From Mobula hypostoma (Eukaryota): a stretch of DNA of 64,000 nt. The notes under the pieces are model-generated. The model had not been told where the DNA came from, did not search any database, and saw only the letters and a program-made list of their open reading frames with translations. Location: the NCBI RefSeq assembly GCF_963921235.1, contig NC_086097.1:231324001-231388000 (forward strand), in the 5' to 3' direction. Shown here in pieces: positions 1-12,815 of the stretch; within the stretch, counting starts at the first letter, position 1, and every line of letters starts with the position of its first letter. Both the position numbers and the translations under genes were made by a program.

Positions 1-1411
1 GGAGGCAAAAGAGGTGGGGGCGTGGCACTGCTGATCAGAGATAGTGTCACGGTTGCAGAAAAGGAGGAAGTCATGGAGGGATTGACTACTGAGTCTCTGT
101 GGGTGGAAGTTAGGAACAGGAAGGGGCCAATAACTCTATTGGGTGTTTTTTATAGATCACCCAATAGTAACGGGGACATCGAGGAGCAGATAGGGAGACA
201 GATTCTGGAAAAGTGTGTTAACAGCAGGGTTGTCATGGTGGGAGATTTTAATTTCCCAAATATCGATTGGCATCTCCCTAGAGCAAGGGGTTTAGATGGG
301 GTGGAGTTTGTTAGGTGTGTTCAGGAAGGTTTCCTGACACACTATGTAGATAAGCCTACAAGAGGAGAGGCTGTACTTGATCTGGTATTGGGAAATGAAC
401 CTGGTCAGGTGTCATGTCTCTTAGTGGGAGAGCATTTTGGAGACAGTGATCACAATTCTATCTCCTTTACCATAGCATTGGAGAGGGATAGGAACAGACA
501 AGTTAAGAATGTGTTTGATTGAGTAAGGGGAAATATGAAGCTATCAGACAGGAACTTGGAAGCATAAATGGGGAACAGATGTTCTCAGGGAAATGCATGG
601 CAGAAATATGGCAAATGTTCAGGGAATATTTGCATGGCGTTCTGCATAGGTACGTTCCAATGAGGCAGGTAACAGATGGTAGGGTACAGGAAACATGGTG
701 TACAAAGGCTGTTGTAAATATAGTCAAGAAGAAGAGAAAAGCTTACAAAAGGCTCAAAAAACTAAGTAATGATTGAGATCTAGAGGATTATAAGGCTAGC
801 AGGAAGGAGTTTAAGAATGAAATTAGGAGAGCCAGAAGGGGCCATGAGAAGGCCTTGGTGAGCAGAATTAAGGAAAACCCCAATGCATTCTACAAGTATG
901 TGAAGAGCAAGACAATAAGACGTGAGAGAATAGGACCAGTCAAGTGTGACAAAAGTGTGTATGGAACTGGAGGAGATAGCAGAGATACTTAATGAATACT
1001 TTGATTCAATATTCACTATGGAAAAGGATCTTGGCAATTGTAGGGATGACTTTACTTTACTTTATACTTTGTTGTCGCCAAACAATTGATACTAGAACGT
1101 ACAATCATCACAACGATATCTGATTCTGTGCTTCCCACTCCCTGGATTACAAATATTAAATATTAAAAGTAGTAAAAATTTAAATTACAGATCACAAATA
1201 GAAAATAGAAAAATGAAAAGTAAGGAAGTGCAAAAAAAAACCAAGAGGCAGATCTGGATATTTGCAGGGTACAGCCCAGATCTGGGTCAAAATCCATTCA
1301 GCAGTCTTATCACAGTTGGAAAGAAGCTGTTCCCAAAACTGGCCATACGAGTCTTCAAGCTCCTGAGCCTTCTCCCGGAGGGAAGAGGGACGAAAAGTGT
1401 GTTGGCTGGGT

Positions 1412-1848
1412 GCCATCTGAACATTGACTTCTCAAACTTCCGCTAACGCCCTACCTCCCCCTCGTACCTCATCCGTTATTTATTTATATACACACGTTCT
1501 TTCTCTCTCTGTCCTTTTTCTCCCTCTGTCCCTCTCACTATACCCCTTGCCCATCCTCTGGGTTTTTTCCCCCCCTCCCCCTTTTCTTTCTCCCTGGGCC
1601 TCCTGTCCCTTGATCCTCTCATATCCCTTTTGCCAATCACCTGTCCAGCTCTTGGCTCCATCCCTCCCCCTCCTGTCTTCTCCTATCATTTTGGATCTCC
1701 CCCTCCCCCTCCCACTTTCAAACCTCTTACTAGCTCTTCTTTCAGTTAGTCCTGATGAAGGGTCTCGGCCTGAAACGTTGACTGTACCTCTTCCTAGAGA
1801 TGCTGCCTGGCCTGCTGCGTTCACCAGCAACTTTAATGTGTGTTGCTT
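1412..1848 (+). mobile_element. Penelope-like element 3' fragment (ORF end plus pLTR) nested in Rex1
   Basis: Encodes the terminal peptide LNIDFSNFR* followed by a pyrimidine-rich pLTR. Reverse-complement match to 25485-25915. Confidence 0.88.
1747..1785 (+). ncRNA. Minimal hammerhead ribozyme motif (Penelope pLTR), cleavage triplet GUU rather than GUC
   Basis: AGTC-CTGATGA-AGGGTCTCGGCCT-GAAAC-GTT-GACT: CUGANGA and GAAA core boxes, helix I AGUC/GACU, short helix II. Confidence 0.7.
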
Positions 1849-3234
1849 GAACTTCCATACCAGGTTGTGATGCACCCTAGAAGAATGCTTTCTACGGTGC
1901 ATCTATAAAAATTAGTGAGGGTTTTAGGGACAAGCCAAATTTCTTTAGTTTTCTCAGGAAGTAAAGACACTGGTGGGCCTTCTTGGCAGTGAACTCTGCT
2001 TGGTTGGACCAAGTCAGGTCATTTGTGATATTGACCCCGAGCAACTTAAAGCTTTTGACCTGTTCCACTTGCGCACCACCGATGTAAATTGGGTCGTGCG
2101 GTCCACTACTCCTTCTGAAGTCCACAACCAATTCCTTCGTCTTGTTGACGTTGAGGGATAGGTTATTGTCTTCGCACCATCCCACCAGGTTCTTAATTTC
2201 CTCTCTGTACTCAAACTCATCATTACCTGAGATACAGCCTACAATTGTTGTGTCATCAGCAAACGTATATATTGAGTTTGATGGAAACTTGGCTACACAA
2301 TCATGGGTGCACAGTGAGTACAGCAGGGGGCTGAGTACACAGCCTTGTGGGGCACCGGTGCTCAGAGTGATTGTAGAGGAGAGCTTGTCCCCTATTTTTA
2401 CTGCCTGGGTCCAGTTTGTGAAGAAGTTGAAGATCCAGCTGCAGATCTGAGTGCTAAGGCCCAGGTTCCGGAGCTTAGGAATCAGTTTATTTGGAATAAT
2501 GGTATTAAAGGCAGAGAGTCAATGAAAAGGAGCCTTACGTATGCATCTTTATTCTCCAGGTGTTCTAAGGAGGAATGTAGGGCCAGAGGGATGGCATCTG
2601 CCATTAACCTGTTGCTCCGGTAGACGAATTGCAAAGCGTCAAGGTTGACCGGTAGGCTGTGGTTGATGAGTGCCATAACCAATCGCTCGAAGCACTTCAT
2701 AGCAGTTGATGTTAGAGCCACAGGTCGATAGTCATTCAGGCATGCCACCTTGATCTTCTTCGGCACTGGGATTATCGTTGCCTTCTTAAAACACGAGGGG
2801 ATCTTAGACTGAAGCAAGGAGCAGTTGAAGATGTCAGCAAACACTCCAGCTAGCTCGCTTGCACAGGCCCGGAGAACCCCTCCCGGGACACCATCTGGGC
2901 CAGTTGCCTTCCTTGAATTTATCTTCAGGAAAGCCCTTCTAACGTCCTCGGTGATGACAAATCTCTGACTTACAGTGGATTGAAAAGTTTGGGCATACAG
3001 ACATTAAGAAAGAGGATGTGCTGGAGATTTTGGAAAGCATCAAGTTGGATAAGTCACCAGGACTGGGCGAGATGTACCCCAGGCTACTGTGGGAGGCGAG
3101 GGAGGAGATTGCGGAGACTCTGGCAATGATCTTCCATCATCAATGGGGACAGGAGAGGTTCTGGAGGATTGGAGGGTTGCAGATATTGTTCCCTTATTCA
3201 AGAAAGGAAGTAGAGATAGCCCAGGAAATTATAG

Positions 3235-3419
3235 ACATAGAAACATAGAAAACCTACAACACAATACAGGCCCTTCGGCCCACAAAGCTGTGCTGAACAT
3301 GTCCCTACTTTAGAACTACCTAGGCTTACCCATAGCCCTCTATTTTTCTATGCTCCATGTACCCATCCAGAAGTCTCTTAAAAGACCCTATCATTTCCGC
3401 CTCCACCACTGCCACTGGC
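3235..3419 (-). mobile_element. Short CR1 3'-end fragment inserted antisense into the host CR1
   Basis: Begins with CATAGAAA repeats (reverse of the TTTCTATG tail) and resembles the reverse complement of about 4580-4764. AGAC flanks both ends. Confidence 0.8.
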
Positions 3420-4769
3420 AGACCAGTGAGTCTTACCTCAATGGTTGGTAAGTTGCTGGAAAGATCCTGAGAGGTAGGATTTATGAATATTTGGAGAGGC
3501 ATAATATGATTAGGAATAGTTAGCATGGCTTTGTCAAAGGCAGGTTGTGCCTTACAAGCCTGATAGAATGTTTTGAGGATATGACTAAATACGTTGATTG
3601 ATGTCGAGCCGTAGCTGTAGTGTATATGGATTTCAGCAAGGCATTTGATAAGGTACCCCACGCAAGGATTATTGAGAAAGTAAAGAGGCATGGAGTACCT
3701 TATCAAATGCCTTGGGGACCTTGGTTTGTAGATCCAGAATTGGCTTACTCACAGAAGTGGTTGTAGACGGGTCATATTCTGCATGGAGGTCGGTGACCAG
3801 TGTTGTGCCTCAGGGATCTGTTCTGGGATCCCTTCTCTTTGTGATTTTTATAAATAACCTGGATGAGGAAGTGGAGGGATGGGTTAGTAAATGTGCTGAT
3901 GACACAAAGGTTGTGTCTAGTGTGGAGGGCTGTCAGAGGTAACAGCGGGACATGCATAGGATGCAAAACTGGGCTGAGAAGTGGCAAATGGAGTTCAACC
4001 CAGATAAGTGTGAAGTGGTTAATTTTGGTAGGTCAAACATGATGGCAGAATTAGTATTAATGATAAGACTCTTTGCAATGTGGAGGATCAGAGGGATCTT
4101 GGGGTCCGAGTCCATAGGACACTCAAAGCTGCTGCACATGTTGTCTCTGTAGTTAAGAAGGCATATGGAGCATTGGCCTTCATCAACCATGGGATTGAGT
4201 TCAAGAGCCGAAAGGTAATGTCACAGCTATTGGAGTATTGCACTCAGTTCTGTTCACCTCACTACAGGAAGGATGTGGAAACTAGAGAAAGGGTGCAAAG
4301 GAGATTTACAAGGATGTTGCCTGGATTGGGGAGCATGCCTGATGAGAATAGGTTGAGTGAACTTGCCTTTTCTCCTTGGAGCATCGGAGGATGAGAGGTG
4401 ACCTGATAGAGGTATATAAAATGATGAGAGGCATTGATCATGTGGGTAGTCAGAGGCTTCTTCCCAGGGCTGAAATGGCTAACATGAGAGGGCACAGTTT
4501 TATGGTGCTTGGAAGCAGGTACAGAGGAGATGTCAGGGGTAAGTTTTTTTATGCAAAGAGTGGTGAGTGCGTGGAATGGGCTGCCGGCTACACTGGTGGA
4601 GGCAGATACGATAGGGTCTTTTAAGAGACTCCTGGACAGGTTCATGGAGCTTAGAAAAATAGGTGGCTATGGGTAACCCCAGGTAATTTCTAAAGTAAGT
4701 ACATGTTCAGCACAACATTGTGGGCCAAAGGGCCTGTATTGTGCTGTAGGTTTCCTATGTTTCTGATGC

Positions 4770-5070
4770 ACGGGTAGTCACCGCATGGTCTTCGGCAGAT
4801 TGGTGACAGGGTCCAGTGGCATGGAATGAAAGATGACTGAGGATCCTTCACTGCTGTTGTCTTCCTCCACCTTCACTGCCTTTGTGATGTATCATCTTCT
4901 GCTGCCAGCTCCACCGTTGAGGTCTTGGTTGGATAGTTCTTTGTCCTGGAACCTCCCACTTCGCTTTACCGCCATGGGTGACACTGCTAGGAGCTAAGCT
5001 CCAGATGGCATTGCTCTTGGGATCTCAGGAACTAACAAACCTCTCCACCACGATAAAGTGATGATCCTGA
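4770..5070 (-). mobile_element. RTE-type 5'-UTR-like sequence / probable RTE-dependent non-autonomous element
   Basis: Minus strand reads GGATCATCACTTTATCGTGGTGGAGAGGTTTG...GTCACCCATGGCGG...GTTCCAGGACAAAG, resembling the 5' head of RTE/Expander/BovB-type elements as I recall it. Confidence 0.5.
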
Positions 5071-5389
5071 ATATACACTTGTTAATTACCATCCTTAGCC
5101 GAACATTCAACCACTGATTAGAATAAATATTTGCAACTTGGGAATTCATATTCTGGTTGATATAAGCAACATAATGAGTATCAAACCTTCAACAGTCTCT
5201 ATTATTGGCCCACTTCAACTCAATGAGAAAATGCCAAGCTATTTCCTAATAAGCAATGACAGTTCTGAGAACGTTTTTATCACAATTGCATTTCTGTTTA
5301 GTTATTTCAAGTGGCTGTGATTTGACATGTTAAATATATATGCCGTGACTACTTTCAATGATAACCACATCACACTTGCAGATAATTTT

Positions 5390-5790
5390 GTTGGCAATGA
5401 AAAGCTGAGAAGTAACAATTGGAAGATGTACATTGACCTTAGTGCATAACCAATTCCAAATTCCACCCTGTAAAAAGAATATCAGAATGTAAATGAGCCA
5501 GTTCTATGGGTTTACCCTGTACAAATTGTCAAGAAACTGAAAAATACAAAGTAAGATTTGCATCTACATAGATACACTTGTATCTGCACTGGATCAGATG
5601 AGCAAACATGAGCATCATGTCACACCAACAAATGATGAAATTATCCCAAAAGTCAGTGGTTGCAAACATTTTGCAAAGGTAGATGTTAATACTGAAATCA
5701 CCAGATTGAACTTGCAAAGGAACCTTACTGCCTACTTATTACCCCTGCATGTTGGAGTTTTTAAGTACAAGAGGCTCAACTTCAGTAGAG
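5390..5790 (+). pseudogene. Highly degenerate Gypsy (Mag-like) reverse transcriptase fragment
   Basis: Peptide remnants EPVLWVYPVQIVKK, KHEHHVTPTNDEIIPKVSGCKHFAKVDV and GVFKYKRLNF. Confidence 0.6.
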
Positions 5791-6147
5791 CTACTAGGAC
5801 TTGATGTTTCAATCCCTATGGTAAGTCGGCACTCTCAATGTTGGCAGTGGGTTTGGAGTGGTGACAAGGAGGGAGGGTAGGTACGTCATCGGGCACCCTC
5901 CTTCTTTGACATTTCGTTGATAAGCCCACGGTGTCTCCAGAGGGCTCAATGGTGCTACCTGGCGTCCCAGATACACCCCCTTCAGTTCCATACCCTCCTG
6001 TCTTCATCTTGCAGCCCATAAGCTCAGTAGCTGATGTGTTGTCATACGATCTAGTGTCTCAGACTTAAAGACACACAGATAATCAGTGTTAATATACTAC
6101 TTCATTGTCATAAAGAGAATGAGAACCAAATATGACTTGAAGCATGT

Positions 6148-6835
6148 TCAGAATCAGAATCAGAATCAGGTTTAATATCATCCACATATGTTGTGAAATT
6201 GGTTAATTTAGTGGCTACAGTATAATAAAATGCATGATAAATAAAGAAAAAATAAATCAATTACAGTAAGTATACAAATGTATATTAAAAAGTTAAATTA
6301 AAATAGTGCAAAAGCAGAAATAATACAAAAAATTGAGGTGGTGTTCATGGGTTCGATGTCCATTTAGAAATCAGATGGCAGAGGGCAAGAAGTTGTTCCT
6401 GAGTCGCTGAGTGTGTACCTCCAGGCTTCTGTACCTCCTTCCTGATGGTGACGATGAGAAGAGGGCATGTTCTGGGTAATGGGGGTCCTTAATAATGGAC
6501 TCTGCCTTCCTGAGGCTCCTTGAAGATGTCTTGGATGCTACGGAGTCCAGTTCCAATGATGGAGCTAACTTATTTTACAACTTTCTGTAGCTTATTTCAA
6601 TCCTGTGCAGTAACATCTCCTCCCTCCATACCAGACATTGATGCAGTCTGTCAGAATGTTCTCCTTGGTATATCTGTAGAAATTTTTGAGTGTTTTAGGT
6701 GACAAACCAAATCTCCTCAAACTCCTACTGAAATATAGCCGCTGTCTTGCCTTCTTTATGGCTGCATATAAATTATGCCGGGACTGGGTTAGATCCTCAG
6801 CGATATTGACATGTAGGAACTTGAAATTGCTCACA
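6148..6835 (-). mobile_element. Rex1/Babar 3' fragment with (TCTGAT)n tail
   Basis: KKARQRLYF.RSLRRFGLSPKTLKNFYR and SGRRYRSL...RLRNNFLPSAI. (CAGAAT)n at about 6149-6168. Confidence 0.82.
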
Positions 6836-7663
6836 TTGACTTTAAGATTGCAATTTCACAATGAATGGAGGTAGATGTTTATTCAAAGAGCAGAGGAATG
6901 AATTCTGTGATGTACTGTCAGCAGTGATGGTATCTGGATAGGTACGGTGCGACAAGTCCTATCCATATGCATGAAGTTTGCAGTCTGCTTGATTTACTGC
7001 AGCTGACTCATGCCTGGTTTAGCTTTTTTCGGCTTCACCGTGCCATCAAACACATAAACAGAGCAGACGGAAATTCATATACTTCACAGTTTGCTTGGTC
7101 ACATCTGCACATCTACTTATTATTATCCAGAGAAAGCTGTTCATCTGATTTCACATACAAGCCCAGTCAGTGGTATTCCTGCATGGAAATACAAAACCAA
7201 TCAAACATTGATTGTTAAGAAGGCAAGGACATCATTCAAGCTTGTGAAGCAACATTAGTGATGGGAACAATGCCTGTCACCTGAACCATTTTACATTTTC
7301 ATAAGTAACTTTATGGTAATAAATTAGAAGTTGTGACAAATCATTAGCCAGTGATTAATGTGTTAAACAATCCTAGCTGCAAGCACCCCACACATATCAA
7401 AAGCTGAATACTTAAGTTCTAAAACTATATTGATTGTGTTATTCATCAGCAGAAAGTCAAATTCTGTTGGTTACCTTTTACATCAGGATATACTTACAAC
7501 CAACTTTATTAGCTGTAAGGGACAAAATCCCAAACAGCACATTAGTTATATGAGTGAGAATGATGAGATGAGCAAATTCTAAGCATAATGATTCGAGCGG
7601 TTGTTTTATCATTGTGTATGACATGTGTATCACATTTCATGGAAACTTCACCCTCTCATGAAA

Positions 7664-7665
<2 letters not shown>

Positions 7666-7697
<32 letters not shown>

Positions 7698-7716
7698 CCA
7701 CCCACCCACCCACCCC
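7666..7716. repeat. (CA)n microsatellite followed by (CCCA)n
   Basis: Directly visible tandem repeat. Confidence 0.95.
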
Positions 7717-7899
7717 AAGACTGGCAGAAATTTGTGATGAATTCATAATAATCTCTATCTCAGATCTTGATCTGCAAGGTGTTATCCTCCAATCATTAAC
7801 TGAATGTTATTGACATTTCTCACAAAAGTGATTAAGAGCTCATGAAAATAGAACAGTAAGCACAATTCCCAGGAAAAGATGATCTTGCTGAACACAAAT

Positions 7900-8920
7900 T
7901 AGGGATGTTGCCGGGTCTTGAAGTCCTGAGTTATAGGGAAAGGTTGAATAGGTTAGGACTTTATTCTCTGGAGTATAGGAGAATGAGGGGAGATTTGACT
8001 GAGGTATACAAAATTAAGAGGGGTATAGGTAGGGTAAATGAAAGCAGGCATTTTCCACTGAGGGTGGAATGAACTAGAACTAAAGGTCATGGGCTAAGGG
8101 TGAAAGGTGAAGTGTTTAAGGGAAACATGAGGGAGAACTCCTTTATGTTTGATTTTAATGTTTATGGGAAATTTGGATCGATACATGGATGAGAGGTGTA
8201 CTGAGTGCTATGGTCTGGGTGTAGGTCTGTTAAAGTCAAATCTGAATAAAACTTGGGAGACCAGCTTCTTATAGTTACAACAGTTTATTGCGCACCCTCC
8301 TGCTGGAGTTTGAGACCCAGTTATCAGAGGGAAGGCACATAAGTACTGCCACCATCCGACAAGTGGGCCCACTCTCTCCGGTTACAGCCATATATTTATA
8401 CATAGTAATTCTCATACATTACTGTTGCAAGACATCATTTGAACTGGTATGCCCACTAAGTCTGTTGGTGCAAAACTTAGTTACAGATAAGAGAGTCTGC
8501 TAGATCAAGGCTTAATGACAGATGGATGTGCTGTCCCGTCCTTATCAGTTATTCCCTCTGCTAGGCCCTGACTTAATTATAGATGAATGTTCATTCCTGT
8601 CCTTATCAGTGAGTCCTCCTCCCCCACTAAAACAAGGATACAATATATGATGTTATCAAACTCTCAATGTCTCTTTGCAAACCAAGGAGAACTGGTAATG
8701 AGCCTGTCTTAGCTAACTGCTGAAGACAGAGTTTACTTCAGTTCAAAAACCGGTGTTCAGTCCCAATTACCGTACTCTTTTAGCCAAAGATTACATAGGT
8801 TCAAAATGATTTTTTTATATCCTCAATTCCTCAGGTCAATGGGACTGGGCATATTAATAGTTTGGCAGGGACTAGATGATGCAAAGGTCTGTTTCTGTGG
8901 TGTAGTGTTCTATGACTCAT
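7900..8920 (+). mobile_element. CR1 3' fragment split by a solo LTR
   Basis: Matches the CR1 3' region (GAAAGGTTGAATAGGTTAGGACTTTATTC; TGAGGGGAGATTTGA). Resumes at 8834. Confidence 0.78.
8228..8833 (-). mobile_element. Solo LTR (606 bp; ERV-like or Gypsy)
   Basis: TG...CA termini, 4-bp TSD GGTC (8224-8227 / 8834-8837), AATAAA on the minus strand at 8284-8289. Cleanly interrupts the CR1. Confidence 0.78.
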
Positions 8921-9264
8921 TTATAACTCTATGAGCTTCAGTCAGTGGGTTGTGAGGTGTGGAACGAGCTACCAGCAGAAAAGGTGAATGTGGATTTGAT
9001 TTCAACATCTAAAGAGAAGTTTGGATAGATGCATAGACGGGAGGCATATTGATGGTTATGGACCAGGTGCAGGTCGATGCAACTAGGCAGCATAATAGTT
9101 TAGCACAGACTAGATGGGCCGAAGGTCCTGCATTGTGCTGTAGTTCTCTGTGACTCTAAATTATACAGATCACAAACCTGCAAGAACTGATATTCATGTT
9201 ACTCAGAAAGCTATCGATTTACACTGTATTGATTTCAAAGAACAAAAGACTAGTGATGATATGA

Positions 9265-11310
9265 CCATAAGACATAGGAGCAGAACTGGGCCATTCAACC
9301 AATCGAATCTGCTCTGCCATTCCTTCATGACGGATTTATTATCTCTCTCAATCCCATTCTTCTGCTTTCTCCCCATAACCTTAGAAACATTTACTAAGAA
9401 CCAATCAATCTCCACTTTAAATATACCCAATGACTTGGCCTCCCCGACCAACAATGACAATGAATTCCACAGATTCAGCACCATCTGGCTGAAGAAATTC
9501 CTCCTCATCTATGTTTTAAAGGGACATCCCTCTATTCCGAGGCTATGCCCTCTGGTCCTTGAACCTCTGAACTATCCAAGCCTTAAAATATCCTCTCAAT
9601 TTCTACTTTATCTAGGCCTTCCGATATTTGATAGGCTTCAATCGCTTCTCCCTTCATTCTTCTAAACTCTAGCGAGTACAGGCCCAGAGCCATCAAACGG
9701 TCCTCATACATTAACCCTTTCATTCCCGGACTCATTCTTTTGAACCTCCCCTGGACCTTCTCCTAGGCCAGCACATCTTTTCTTAGATATGAGGCCCTAA
9801 ACTGCTCATAATATTCTAAGTGCAGTCTGACCAATGCCTTATGAAGCCTTAGCAGGTTGTCCTGGCTTTTATATTCTAGTCCTCTCAAACTGAATGCATT
9901 TGCCTTCTTTACCACCAAATCAACCTGCAAGTTAACCTTTAAAGAATCCGGTACAAGTACTCCCAAACCCTTTGCAATTCTGATTCCTGAGTTTTCTCCC
10001 TGTTTAGAAAATACTCTAAATCTATATTGTTTCTAGCAAAATGCCTGACCACACACATCCCTACAATATGTTCCATCTGCCACTTCTTTGCCCAATCCTT
10101 CTGCAAACTTCGTGCATCCTCAGCAGTACCTCCCCCTCCGCCTATCTTCATATCGTCTGCAAACTTGGCCACAAAGTCATCATTTCTGTCATTGAAATCA
10201 TTGACATATAACGTGAAAAGAAGCAACCCAACATCGACCGCTGAGGAACACCACTATTCACCAACAGTCAAGCAGAAACAGCCAACTTTATTCCCACTCT
10301 CTGCCTCCTGCCAGTCAGTTGATCTCCTGTCCATGCTAGTATCTTTCCTGTAAAGCCATGGGCTCTAATCTTGTTTGGCAGCCTCATGAGCGGCACCTTC
10401 TGAAAATCCAAATAAACAACACTCATGGACCCCCTTTTATTTTTCCTGCCTGTTATTTCTTAAAAGAATTCCAAAAGATTTGATGGACAAGATTTCCCTT
10501 TAAGGAAACCATGCTGATTTTGGCCTATTTTATCATGTGCCCCCATGTACCTCATCCTTAAAAATGACTTCAACACCTTCCCAATCACTGAACTTAAGCT
10601 AACTGGCCTATCATTTCCTTTCTTTTGCCCCCCTCCCTTCTTAAAGAGCAGAGTGTCACTTGCTATTTTCCAGTCCTCTGCAGCCATTCCAGGATCTAGT
10701 GATTCTTGAAAGATCACTACTAATGTTTCCATAATCTCTTCACCTATCACTTTCAGAAGCCTGGGGTGTAGTCCATCTGATCTACGTGATTTATCTACCT
10801 TCAGTCCTTTCAGCTTCCCCAGCACTTTCTCCTTCGTAATAGCAACAACACTCACTTCTGCCCCTGACTCTTTTGAATTTCTGGCATACTACTAGTTCAA
10901 AGGGGAATTAATACTTATGTGAAGAGCATAGTATTTTATCACCAGAGGTTATAGGAGCATAATTGGGCCATTTGGCCCATCTAGTCTGTTCATCTTCTCA
11001 AGCACTTTCTTTTGAGTAATAGCATCTATACACACTTCTGCCCCTGTCACTCTCCAATTTCTGGTATACTGCTGGTGTCTTCCACAGTGAAGACTGACAC
11101 AAAGTACTTATTAAGTTCATTCACCATTTCTTTGTTCCCCATTACTACATCTCCAGCGTCATTTTCCAGCAGTACAATATCCATTCTCACCTCTCTCTTA
11201 CACTTCATACATTTGAAAAAATGTTTGGTATCCTCGTTTATATTATTGACTAGCTTACCTTCATATTTCATCTTTTCTCTCCTTATTGCTTTTATAGTTG
11301 TCTCCTGATT
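9265..11310 (-). mobile_element. Degenerate CR1 ORF2 fragments
   Basis: KGLKVDKS..DGLHPRLLK, QHGFLKGKSC, AKFADDMKIGG, RRNFFSQ.V.NLWNSL. Confidence 0.88.
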
Positions 11311-11603
11311 TGATAACTCACTTGTTATTCTTGATGCCTGTAATTAAAATTCTCAGTTCTAGATAAACAGTTACTAATTCAAAGCTTAATTATGTCCACA
11401 AACAGAGAAGGGATAGTGAACAGACAACGGAGATGACCTCAGGGGGATGTGTATCCAACTTAGTTTTCATTCTACACGAAATCTCATCCTACAGGTTATG
11501 ACAGGTTCTGTTTTTACAGATGTCCTTAAGCCAGATTTGTCTGTAAATCAGAAAATGCACAAAATCACTAGATATGGGAATTATACCTCTACAGTATTGT
11601 AAT

Positions 11604-12261
11604 TGAAACACCCTGGTTTCCTTGGCTGCGTAAGTCTAGGGAAGACAACCCCAGCCCTGCCAAACTCGTGGGATTAAGGCACACCCGATCCCAGCCCAAA
11701 CCCCGGTTTGTGTGGATGCTGTCATTTGCTACCCTGTTACAAATTAATGCCACGGAATAACAGACAGCACACTGTATACGATTAAAGGAATTATATTTAT
11801 GAATCTTAACTGAAGGGTTAGTAAAGAATAACAAAAAGAAAAGGGCCCATTCTAATTAAACAGTCAAAAGTGGACAAGTTGGAGCTCATCTGGAACTTCT
11901 CTGTCACTCACGCGCTGGGTCCTCGGTCAACGTGAAAGCACACACCGCCTTCTGAACGTTGCTCGCAATCCATCTCGAACAAACGGGTCTCCCACCGGAT
12001 TGTATGCTATGACCGGTTCTCCCCAGCGTCTTCTCTCTTCATCTCCTCTTGTACAAAAGCCCCAAGCCCAACCTTAGTGTCCTTCACTAGAGAAAACCTC
12101 CCCTTAATCAGACCATCCTAATTGGATGGCACACATTTCTCCTCATCTCTTATCATCAACGATAACTCAAACATAAGCTGAAAGCAAGCAGCTCTCACAG
12201 AACAGCAGAAAATGAAATACATACAGCAAAACAGTAAAAAAATATGAACCAGGGCATTACA
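11604..12261. mobile_element. Solo LTR (658 bp, Gypsy-like)
   Basis: TGAAACACCCTGG ... CCAGGGCATTACA imperfect terminal inverted repeat. TSD TAAT at 11600-11603 and 12262-12265. Confidence 0.78.
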
Positions 12262-12280
12262 TAATAAATGACGTTGATGA

Positions 12281-12815
12281 GAATTAGAATCAGGTTTATT
12301 ATCACCAGCATGTGACGTGAAATTTGTTAACTTAGCAGCAGCAGTTCAATGCAATATGTAATCTAGCAGAGGAAAATAATAATAATAAATAAAATTTTTT
12401 AAAAAAATAAATAAACAAGTAAATCGATTACGTATATTGAATAGATTAAAAAATATGCAAAAACAGAAATACTGTATATTAAAAAAAAGTAAGGTAGTGT
12501 CCAAAGATTCAATGTCCATTTATGAATCGGGCGGCAAAGGGGAAAAAGCTGTTTCTGAATCGCTGAGTGTGTGCCTTCAGGCTTCTGTACCTCCTGCCTG
12601 ATGGTAACAGTGAGAAAAGGGCATGCCCTGGGTGCTGGAGGTCCTTAATAATGGATGCTGCCTTTCTGAGACACCACTCCCTGAAGATGTCCTGGTACTT
12701 TGTAGGCTGGTACCCAAGATGGAGCTGACTAAATTTACAACCTTCTGCTGCTTCTTTTGGTCCTGTGCAGTAGCCCCTCCATGCCAGACAGTGATGCAGT
12801 CTGTCAGAATGCTCT
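12281..12815 (-). mobile_element. Rex1/Babar 3' fragment (same family as 54754-55386)
   Basis: SILTDCITVWHGGATAQDQKK peptide. The 3' UTR matches the reverse complement of about 54880-55386. Confidence 0.85.

Larger units (their letters stand above)
1053..2965 (-). mobile_element. Rex1/Babar LINE, 5'-truncated, inserted in CR1
   Basis: Minus-strand peptides [28 protein letters not shown] and [23 protein letters not shown]. (TAAAG)n tail at about 1053-1070. TGACTT duplicated at 1047-1052 and 2966-2971. Nearly identical by eye to the copy at 19113-20639. Confidence 0.92.
1..4764 (+). mobile_element. CR1-clade LINE ORF2 (APE endonuclease + RT) to 3' tail, degenerate, interrupted by nested insertions
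   Basis: ORF 22-522 has APE motifs (VGDFNFPNIDW, LDLVL, SDHN). Later fragments give [26 protein letters not shown] and ERVQRRFTRMLPG. Ends in a GTTTCCTATGTTTCT tail at about 4750-4764. Many stops and frameshifts. Confidence 0.93.

Noticed and set aside
5802..6130. Possible solo LTR or other repeat after the Gypsy RT remnant
   Set aside because: Could not identify matching termini or a TSD.
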